This document shows positions 56,757 to 64,000 of a stretch of DNA of 64,000 nucleotides, one piece after another. The translations under genes were made by a program, and so were the position numbers. Source of the stretch: a virus. The stretch lies in the IMG/VR virus record IMGVR_UViG_3300033146_003848, positions 1 to 64,000 of that record, one strand, 5' to 3'. How positions within the stretch are numbered: the first letter of the stretch is position 1; each line of letters begins with the position of its first letter. The notes beneath the pieces are model-generated. The model worked only from the letters and a program-made list of their open reading frames with translations. It was not told the origin of the DNA and did not search any database.

Positions 56757-57765
56757 AATCCTCTTTCAGAATTAATCTAAATAATTGCTCACAAGTGATT
56801 TCCCAAAATTTATTCTTGAGTGAATCGGTAACCATATTACTCCAAACATTCAATGGAACCTTTGCTCCACCCTTTTCTATTTTACCCCCTCCAAAATCAC
56901 CAAATATATTTTGCATTAAATCTTTAACATCAACTGTAGTATTAATGGTTCGAATTGAAACTTCTAATGTATCATTATCAGTTATACAAAATATAACTGT
57001 TGTAGAAACGGTCTCCATTCTCAAATAATCCTCGGCTAAAATAGCAATAACATCTCTTTGTGATCTTGGAATATATCCTACTCCTCCTACAAAAATCCCA
57101 TTTTTCTCCATGAAATTATTCTTATCTTTTAGTAGATTTCGTTTCTCAAACACATATCTCGGAACTGGATAATTCATAATTCGTTGAACTTTTTCTTTAT
57201 TCATATGATGAATTAAACTTTCATATGCTTTAAAATCTTCTGCTATCATTGATTCGGATAATAAATCTTTAGTGTCAGTTCTTATCCCTAAGAGTAATGC
57301 TGTAGCAATATCTTCATGTAAATCCCATTCAATACCTAGAGAATTAAGAATTTCCCACATGATAGTTGAACATGCTCCATATTTAGGTTCATTTATTACA
57401 TATTCACAATTTTTAACTGAATTACTATGATGATCGATAATCATAAAAGCAGTATCTATACCTGAATTCTTAGGAGTACAATCAACACAAATATTTTTCC
57501 CTTGTAAACTAGAATCTCCAATCTTAGTTAAAGATAGTGCTAATGATATTTGCATAGTTTTATTTTGAGGATGACTAATTTCTCCAGTATAAAACATTTC
57601 ATTATCAATTTGACAACTTTTTAAATACTCTTGTAATGCAAATGCAGTTGCCATACTGTCTGGATCAGGCATATAATGTAATATAATATTTACATTATCT
57701 CCATCATCCTTGATCTTTTGAATTGCAAGATTAAAAGTTTCAATATTTGTCATATTAATCTCCAA
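56731..57765 (-). CDS. DHH/DHHA1 phosphoesterase (NrnA/Pde2-like)
   Basis: HYMPDPDS, CVD, IIDHH, GACST, GIRTDT, SIRT, GGG. Confidence 0.9.
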   Translation of the reverse strand: MEINMTNIETFNLAIQKIKDDGDNVNIILHYMPDPDSMATAFALQEYLKSCQIDNEMFYTGEISHPQNKTMQISLALSLTKIGDSSLQGKNICVDCTPKNSGIDTAFMIIDHHSNSVKNCEYVINEPKYGACSTIMWEILNSLGIEWDLHEDIATALLLGIRTDTKDLLSESMIAEDFKAYESLIHHMNKEKVQRIMNYPVPRYVFEKRNLLKDKNNFMEKNGIFVGGVGYIPRSQRDVIAILAEDYLRMETVSTTVIFCITDNDTLEVSIRTINTTVDVKDLMQNIFGDFGGGKIEKGGAKVPLNVWSNMVTDSLKNKFWEITCEQLFRLILKEDYETENKGE

Positions 57766-58075
57766 GTATTATTTTTCCATTGCTCAGTGTAAATTTAGAA
57801 AGTTGAGTTTTTATTAGTTCTCTATTGGACTCCAACGATTGATTTATTTGAGTTAGATTCCCTTTTAAGTCTCGGATATCATTCTCATAACAAAAGGAAA
57901 CTAATTGATGTAAATTCCCAAAATAACTTATTTCTTTCCATTTCTCCTCACAAAGATCTCCTTTATACTTTCCTTTTTTAATGATATGTTCAGGGACTTT
58001 TTCTTCTAAAATAAAATTATATTTATCCGATGTAAATCTAAAATGGTCATTGATGTTGATGTATTCTCTACTCAT
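57755..58075 (-). CDS. Hypothetical protein (DUF5405-like)
   Basis: FRFTSDKYNFILEEK...W..ISYFGNL. Confidence 0.55.
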   Translation of the reverse strand: MSREYININDHFRFTSDKYNFILEEKVPEHIIKKGKYKGDLCEEKWKEISYFGNLHQLVSFCYENDIRDLKGNLTQINQSLESNRELIKTQLSKFTLSNGKIILGD

Positions 58076-58157
58076 TTTCTTCTCCGTATTAAAAATAACA
58101 AATATACTTAATAATATATCATAAATGAGTATTTTTTAATAATAAAAGAAACCTTTA

Positions 58158-58454
58158 TTATTTTAATCCAGTTATAATATGAGAAATTTCTTTAACTGAA
58201 TAATTTCGTTTTAATAGGATTTTATATGCATTAATATAAAATTTTGTTCGTTTTTTTAAAAAAGGTGATGCTTCAGATGTTATAGTTAATATTCCTATTA
58301 TTAAATTCTCATTTACCTCTGAGTAATCTAAACTTAATAAATTATCTATTTCAGAATATTTATGTTCAATGGATAATTCATTCAATGTATTAAAAATATA
58401 ATCCATGGAATCATCTAAATTATTCATTTCATTTATTTTTTCTATAAAATTCAT
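58158..58454 (-). CDS. Hypothetical protein
   Basis: ORF behind a TGATATATT box. Confidence 0.55.
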   Translation of the reverse strand: MNFIEKINEMNNLDDSMDYIFNTLNELSIEHKYSEIDNLLSLDYSEVNENLIIGILTITSEASPFLKKRTKFYINAYKILLKRNYSVKEISHIITGLK

Positions 58455-58618
58455 TTTCTTCTCTTTCTTATTGGTTATTAATATAATATATCACATTTAT
58501 TTATTATTATTAAAAAATATTTTCATATTTCAGAAGGACTAATTATTTTAATTAAATTTGTGAATAATTAATTTATATGATATATTATATTAACTATTAT
58601 TTATTTTAGGAGAATAAA

Positions 58619-58831
58619 ATGGAAGTATTTTTAATTATTACTTATTTATCCATTAGTCTTTTTGTAGCATTTATTCAAGCAACTTTAATTAAAAAAGGAA
58701 AAATATCTACTTCTTTCGAATTAAATAAAGAAGATTTAGCCATAACAATAATTATAACAAGTATATTGTGGATAGTATATATTCCATTTAAAATATTAGT
58801 AGTTTTAATTAAAAATATATTAATTGGATAA
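58619..58831 (+). CDS. Small membrane protein (2 TM)
   Basis: AGGAG RBS; two hydrophobic segments. Confidence 0.6.
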   Translation: MEVFLIITYLSISLFVAFIQATLIKKGKISTSFELNKEDLAITIIITSILWIVYIPFKILVVLIKNILIG

Positions 58832-58921
58832 AAATAATATGAATTCGTGTAGATATTGTATTCATTTATCAATTGAGAAGGAACCATTTGATGACATTAA
58901 CACTTTAGAAATTAATACTAA

Positions 58922-59500
58922 ATGCTCAAAGTTCATATTAAAAGAGAAACAATGAAATTATTATTTTTAGATATAGATGGAGTATTAAATTCACATTACT
59001 CCTTAGATGAACTAATTAAGATTGATGCTCCAGAGATATTATATAATGCTCCATTTCAAGAGCATGTTAAATGGTTAAATTTTATAATTGAACAAACGAA
59101 TGCTCAAGTGGTCATATCATCAACATGGAGACAAAATAATAATTTCTATCTTCATATGATTTTAGCGTTAGCGGGATATAAATATGATATTTTTGGACAT
59201 ACACCTAGAATGAGAGGAGTTGAGCGAGGAGATGAAATTAAAATGTTCATAGAGTGGATATCAGAAGATGGAATTTCTCAATATAAAGAGACTTATATTG
59301 AATATTTTAATTTCAATCGAGACAATAAAGATATAAATTTCAATGTAGATTCATTTGTAGTTTTAGATGATGATACTGATATGAGTGCAGTGAGAGATAA
59401 TTTTGTACTAGTGAATAATTATTTAGGATTAAATGAAGAAAATGCAAAGTTAGCAATATCAATTTTAAACAAAGAGGGAAGTCATGAAGAAAGATGTTAG
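58922..59500 (+). CDS. HAD-superfamily phosphatase (Swiss-Army-knife RNA-repair-like HAD)
   Basis: LFLDIDGVLNS, VVISSTWR, RGDEI, VVLDDD. Confidence 0.85.
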   Translation: MLKVHIKRETMKLLFLDIDGVLNSHYSLDELIKIDAPEILYNAPFQEHVKWLNFIIEQTNAQVVISSTWRQNNNFYLHMILALAGYKYDIFGHTPRMRGVERGDEIKMFIEWISEDGISQYKETYIEYFNFNRDNKDINFNVDSFVVLDDDTDMSAVRDNFVLVNNYLGLNEENAKLAISILNKEGSHEERC

Positions 59501-60137
59501 TATTAATGATGAATTAAAGGACATTCAAGAGTTTATAAATCGAGGTGGTCTATCGGGAGAATTGACACAAGATATTGTGAATCTGAGATTTATAAATATC
59601 GAAGTTCAACAAAAATGGGATAAAGCGATGAGAAAATTACAAGATATGAATAATGAGATCTTAACTGAGAAGTTAAAGTTGGAATATCCTAATCCATATA
59701 ATGAAGATATGGATTCTGAATGTATAGATCTTTGTAATGCCATGAATGCGTTACCTAATATTTCCACTATGGAAAGTTGTTGTGGCCACAATGAGAGTGA
59801 ATTTAAGATATTTTTTAAATGTGATAATATGGATCAAAAGGGATTATATTTTCTAAGTCGCTCAATCGATTCTCGTTATTTTAGTTATGGTAATGATTGT
59901 GTGATAGAAACTTCAATCACCGATATGAATAGAAGTGTAGTTTTTATTTTAAGAATAAAATCGACAAACTTGAGTCGAAATCTGATGATATCTGATGCGA
60001 TCATTAAAAGTTTGAATGAGCATTTGAATCATAGAAGATTTATGGAATCATTTGAATATAATATTAATGCATTTTCAACTAATCGTAACGTTAAACTAAT
60101 GGGAGAATTAGAAGAATTATTCAGTTTAATCAATTAG
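59484..60137 (+). CDS. Hypothetical protein
   Basis: MDSEC..LC.AMN..PNI.T.ESCCGH motif. Confidence 0.6.
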   Translation: MKKDVSINDELKDIQEFINRGGLSGELTQDIVNLRFINIEVQQKWDKAMRKLQDMNNEILTEKLKLEYPNPYNEDMDSECIDLCNAMNALPNISTMESCCGHNESEFKIFFKCDNMDQKGLYFLSRSIDSRYFSYGNDCVIETSITDMNRSVVFILRIKSTNLSRNLMISDAIIKSLNEHLNHRRFMESFEYNINAFSTNRNVKLMGELEELFSLIN

Positions 60138-60198
60138 GTCTAAAACAATCATCAAAAAATAATATTTCCGATAAATTATAAAGTTAAGTTATTAATTT

Positions 60199-60573
60199 AT
60201 GTTGGAGATTAGAATGGAAAAAGGTAGTTTGATTTATGAGACATTGTCAGGAGCCATTAATGTTAGTGATATACAATATATTACTAGTCCTAAGAATAGT
60301 CAAGGGCAATATGGATATTCAATAAAACTCAGTAATGAGTTTTATTTTGTAACGGTTTCTATTGATAGCGAACTCACGACTGAGGGTCTTGAATTGAAAA
60401 AAGAGCATTTGAATGATGATTATAAGAATTTAGTCGCTAAGTGGAGAGAATTTATTGATAGTGAATCTGTTCAAGATAATTTAAATCACAATAATCACAA
60501 TAATCACAATAATTGTTCAGGTTGCTCAAACACTAAGTCAGTTTTGCTTACGGAGAAATTAGATGAGTTTTAA
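60199..60573 (+). CDS. Hypothetical protein
   Basis: ORF; contains an (NHN)3 microrepeat. Confidence 0.6.
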   Translation: MLEIRMEKGSLIYETLSGAINVSDIQYITSPKNSQGQYGYSIKLSNEFYFVTVSIDSELTTEGLELKKEHLNDDYKNLVAKWREFIDSESVQDNLNHNNHNNHNNCSGCSNTKSVLLTEKLDEF

Positions 60574-60830
60574 TGATGAAGAAAATAATTCAATTAATTG
60601 ATAAGATAGATGTTCTGTCTTACTTTAAAGAATTTTCAGATCGAAGTCTTTGGGATATAGCGATGATTATTGAATCTGATCATCCATATATTTCTGAGCA
60701 TGCTGATGGATTGTTTGATTTTATGAATGAGGAAGATTTAGTGAACTATCTTCAAAATAGATATGATGAAAATGAACTTCATATTCGAGAGCATGTAGTT
60801 ATTGAGTATGAGTTTAAAGTTAATTGTTAG
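60573..60830 (+). CDS. Hypothetical protein
   Basis: Coupled ORF. Confidence 0.6.
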   Translation: MMKKIIQLIDKIDVLSYFKEFSDRSLWDIAMIIESDHPYISEHADGLFDFMNEEDLVNYLQNRYDENELHIREHVVIEYEFKVNC

Positions 60831-60907
60831 GTTTATTATTTTATTGAATATGTCATATTATTGATATATTAAAGTGACGATATTAATTTTTATATGAGGA
60901 GAAAACG

Positions 60908-61177
60908 ATGAACAGAAAATCTAGTAGATTATTGAGAACATTTGTTAAAATTTGTGGAATTGAAGATCAAAGAGTGATACATTCTTTAAGCAATCAAAGT
61001 CCATTTACTGTAGTGAAGAAGAATCCTTACAAATTTATGAAGCAAGTGTATAAAACATTAAGTTCTCAAGAGAGAGTTGTATTTAAAAGTGAATTAATTT
61101 CAAGAATTAATGATTCCATTACTAAAAAATTAAACAAAAAACTTGATGAAATAGTGACTCCTTCGTTGGAGAGTTAA
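60908..61177 (+). CDS. Basic hypothetical protein
   Basis: GAGGAG RBS. Confidence 0.6.
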   Translation: MNRKSSRLLRTFVKICGIEDQRVIHSLSNQSPFTVVKKNPYKFMKQVYKTLSSQERVVFKSELISRINDSITKKLNKKLDEIVTPSLES

Positions 61178-61178
61178 T

Positions 61179-61430
61179 GTGGAAAATCGAGGAGTGAAAT
61201 TTGTGGGTACTGTTTTAGGAGTCATTATTGGATTAATAATCGGAATTATGACTATAGTCATTGAAAAAGCAATAATTGCAGGGATAATTTACGGACTATA
61301 TTATTTGATTGATATTCCATCAGTTGGAGGACCTCAATTTACTTTTTGGCAATTTTTTGGTTTAACTTTTTTGTTAGGTATTATTGGACGATTGATGTTT
61401 AAGTCTAAGATGAGAGATGATAATGAATAA
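61179..61430 (+). CDS. Small membrane protein
   Basis: Hydrophobic; PQFTFWQFFGL. Confidence 0.6.
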   Translation: MENRGVKFVGTVLGVIIGLIIGIMTIVIEKAIIAGIIYGLYYLIDIPSVGGPQFTFWQFFGLTFLLGIIGRLMFKSKMRDDNE

Positions 61431-61656
61431 TAATTTTATATTAAGATGTCTATTGTTTCTTGAGATGGGTGTTCTCGTTTTAATAATGTCAGGGATAATT
61501 GCATTAGCAATTTCAGCATTTATTTTTGTTTTTTATTATATAGTCGGAGTATTTTTATTTGGAGTAGTAATGATTCCAATGTTTAAGATATTCATCGTAC
61601 TATTTGTGATCATATTTGTAATAAATATATTCAAAGAAGGTAAAGGAGTCAAATGA
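61417..61656 (+). CDS. Small membrane protein
   Basis: Almost entirely hydrophobic. Confidence 0.55.
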   Translation: MIMNNNFILRCLLFLEMGVLVLIMSGIIALAISAFIFVFYYIVGVFLFGVVMIPMFKIFIVLFVIIFVINIFKEGKGVK

Positions 61657-62147
61657 TGGAAGTGATTTTTGCTCAAGAATTTTTTACTATATCTAATAAT
61701 CAAATTGCGATTTTTTTAATGGGACCTACTCCAAGAAATAATGAAGATGTTTCTTGGAGAGATAATGTTGTTAAGAAATTTAGAGAAATGAATATTGATA
61801 ATTTAGTATTATTTGTTCCTGAAAAGCGAGATGGTAATTATGCAAATAGTTATATCGATCAAGTTGAGTGGGAAAGAACATATTTAGATATGAGCGATGC
61901 TATTTTTTGCTGGGTACCAAGAGATGTCTCAACTTCAATGAAAGGACTCACAACAAACGTGGAGTTTGGACAATATGTATCATCGCAGAAGTTATTTTAT
62001 GGGCGTCCAGATGATGCTGATAATATTAGATATTTAGATTGGCTTTATGTGAAAGAAGTTGGTAGGAAGCCTCAAAATAACGTTAATTCGTTGTTACATG
62101 AGTGTTTAGAAGTTACATTAAAAATTAAGAGAAGTGTTGGAGAATAA
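61653..62147 (+). CDS. Nucleoside 2-deoxyribosyltransferase-like protein
   Basis: IFLMGPTPR, SWR, QVEWE, D.IFCWVPR, TTNVEFG. Confidence 0.8.
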   Translation: MMEVIFAQEFFTISNNQIAIFLMGPTPRNNEDVSWRDNVVKKFREMNIDNLVLFVPEKRDGNYANSYIDQVEWERTYLDMSDAIFCWVPRDVSTSMKGLTTNVEFGQYVSSQKLFYGRPDDADNIRYLDWLYVKEVGRKPQNNVNSLLHECLEVTLKIKRSVGE

Positions 62148-62149
62148 TT

Positions 62150-62665
62150 ATGAATTGGAATTGTGTTTTATCACATGGTGGCGAATTGCCAAAACGAAAT
62201 CATGCAACAGATGCAGGATTAGATATTAAAGCGAAAGGATATCAAAGGATTATTAATAATAAATTGGACGATCGTCCATATTGGTTCGATGAGCAACCTA
62301 TTGGAGATATTAGGTTGGATCCGGGAGATAGGATATTAATTAAAACTGGAATTCAACTTCAAATACCATCGATGGAAAAAGATATGGTAGGATATGAAGT
62401 TCAGGTTAGACCTAGGTCTGGACTTGCATTGAAACATGGTATTTCAATGGTAAATGCCCCAGGTACGATTGATGAGGAATATCGAGGAGACATAGGAGTC
62501 ATTATCATAAATCATGGAACTGAGTCATTTGTTATTACAGATGGCATGAGAATTGCTCAATTAGTTATTAATGAAGTGTCGATGTTTAATTTCCAAGAGA
62601 TTGAATATTTCGATAGTACGACAAAAAGAGGAGATAAAGGATATGGGTCGTCAGGAACTGACTAA
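62150..62665 (+). CDS. dut: dUTPase (trimeric)
   Basis: AGLDI, RPRSGLA, GTIDEEYRG, RIAQL, RGDKGYGSSG. Confidence 0.96.
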   Translation: MNWNCVLSHGGELPKRNHATDAGLDIKAKGYQRIINNKLDDRPYWFDEQPIGDIRLDPGDRILIKTGIQLQIPSMEKDMVGYEVQVRPRSGLALKHGISMVNAPGTIDEEYRGDIGVIIINHGTESFVITDGMRIAQLVINEVSMFNFQEIEYFDSTTKRGDKGYGSSGTD

Positions 62666-62957
62666 TAATGAAATAATAGTTCGAGATGTTCTCCGTCAGA
62701 TTGATTTTAATAAAATCAATCGAACTATGGAATGTTTAGTGTGGACTTGGGCATCGTCGAATACTGAGAGTGGAGTACCATCTGTTGTCGAATTGGTATT
62801 ATTTGCTCAGGATTTGTTATTTGAGATATTACATTCTGATTTATCGCAACTTTCTTCGGGCGGATTCACTGCTCGAAGAGATGATGATGGAGTGAGTTTG
62901 ATTTTCTCAATAGAGAATGGTAATTACACGTTTACTGATGGAGATAGCAATGAATAA
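62640..62957 (+). CDS. Hypothetical protein (start uncertain)
   Basis: IDFNKINRTMECLVWTW...P...SSGGF motif. Confidence 0.55.
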   Translation, partial: DMGRQELTNNEIIVRDVLRQIDFNKINRTMECLVWTWASSNTESGVPSVVELVLFAQDLLFEILHSDLSQLSSGGFTARRDDDGVSLIFSIENGNYTFTDGDSNE

Positions 62958-63306
62958 TAGTTCAATAAACTCATTTGAGTATGACCGATTTTGTCCAATT
63001 TGTGGAGAGAATTTAGTCATGACATCTGAGGATGTAGATGATGATTTATTTAGAATCGAGTGTTCTAATATAAATTGTTCGTTCCATACCGAATGGATGA
63101 GATATAAAGAGAATGTCATCGAGAATTTAGATGAAGAGTTGAAATTTTTATATGACAATCGAGATCGATTGATGTGTATATTTCCGAATTTGAATTCATC
63201 TATACGAAGTCTTATTTTATCTGGAGTTGAAAAAATAATCGATCGAGGTAATTTAGATGTAATGTTGAATTTAGTACTGAATAGTGGAAAACATCATGAG
63301 CACTGA
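62950..63306 (+). CDS. Hypothetical protein with a zinc ribbon
   Basis: FCPICG...IECSNINC; GGAG RBS. Confidence 0.6.
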   Translation: MNNSSINSFEYDRFCPICGENLVMTSEDVDDDLFRIECSNINCSFHTEWMRYKENVIENLDEELKFLYDNRDRLMCIFPNLNSSIRSLILSGVEKIIDRGNLDVMLNLVLNSGKHHEH

Positions 63307-63517
63307 AATAGTATCATTAGATTCTAAATCAATCAGGGCGTTTATAGGATTACATGGAATCGATGCTACTCAACTTCTATTGGAAGAAGTGATGTTGATG
63401 ATTGCTGAATATATTCATCCTGAAATTTTAAGAATAGCGACAACACAAAATAATGATGAAAAATTTTCAGTTCATCTAATATCGCAGAAATCCAAGAAAA
63501 AAGAAGTTATTCACTAA
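63284..63517 (+). CDS. Hypothetical protein
   Basis: Coupled ORF. Confidence 0.5.
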   Translation: MENIMSTEIVSLDSKSIRAFIGLHGIDATQLLLEEVMLMIAEYIHPEILRIATTQNNDEKFSVHLISQKSKKKEVIH

Positions 63518-63553
63518 ATAATAATGTATTATTAATTTTTAAGGTAAAATGCA

Positions 63554-64000
63554 ATGAATAAAATTTATGTTTTAGATACGAATGTGATCCTTACGGATCC
63601 AAAATCAATATTTTCATTTGAAGATAATGAAGTGATTATTCCATTGGTGGTAATTGAAGAGATAGATCATTTTAAAAAGAAAATGGATCCCACAGGCTTT
63701 GCCGCAAGAAAGTTTTCTCGAATAATTGATGATTTAAGGAGTCGAGGAGATCTAATTACTGGAGTTGAAACTAGAGAAGGTGGAACTATTAGAATTGTAT
63801 CTCCAAAAAAAGATGATAGCGTTGAATTAGATCTTACAATCAACGATAATATTATAATTTTCACAGCATTATCCGTGAGAAATGCAGATAAGAAAGTTAT
63901 TCTTGTAAGTAGAGACATTAATGTTAGAATAAAGGCGGATTTCTTGAAACTGCAAGCCGAAACTTATACTACCGATTCAGTCAACCTAACTTCTTTACCT
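63554..64000 (+). CDS. phoH: PIN-domain protein, probably PIN-PhoH (PhoH2), 3'-truncated by the window
   Basis: MNKIYVLDTNVILTDP...IIPLVVIEEIDHFK...NDNII...LVSRDINVRIKA; not in the ORF track; the PhoH ATPase part would lie beyond the window. Confidence 0.8.
   Translation, partial: MNKIYVLDTNVILTDPKSIFSFEDNEVIIPLVVIEEIDHFKKKMDPTGFAARKFSRIIDDLRSRGDLITGVETREGGTIRIVSPKKDDSVELDLTINDNIIIFTALSVRNADKKVILVSRDINVRIKADFLKLQAETYTTDSVNLTSLP

Noticed and set aside
1-64000. Bacterial chromosome or integrated prophage
   Set aside because: Metabolic genes are interleaved with T4 core genes and share the same promoter motifs and composition. No integrase, rRNA or host operons are seen.

Overview
This window is from a very AT-rich, gene-dense dsDNA phage genome, a large T4-like myovirus (possibly jumbo) read with the standard bacterial code. 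It carries divergent T4 core genes in scrambled order: gp3, gp47, gp55 late sigma, gp33, gp59, gp46, fused gp39/60 and gp52 topoisomerase II, gp45 clamp and a split family-B DNA polymerase (gp43). It also encodes a dNMP kinase, HU, thioredoxin, dUTPase, a PIN-PhoH-like gene (truncated at the window end), three adenine methyltransferases, two DHH phosphoesterases, a tandem-domain GroES and an sHSP. The top finding is a complete four-enzyme deamidating NAD+ salvage pathway (PncA, PncB, NadM-like adenylyltransferase, NadE) clustered on the minus strand at about 46.7-52.5 kb under sigma70-type early promoters. This is a candidate phage NAD+ reconstitution route distinct from NARP1 and NARP2. The second finding is that PolB is split just before motif C, and the new termini resemble catalytically dead split-intein (Hint) remnants. 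Other oddities include putative capsid-targeted internal proteins (one an HD hydrolase), a poly-methionine gene cluster, a 1509-aa repeat protein and a perfect promoter nested in an 18-bp inverted repeat. All family calls come from motif recognition by eye; no database search was run.
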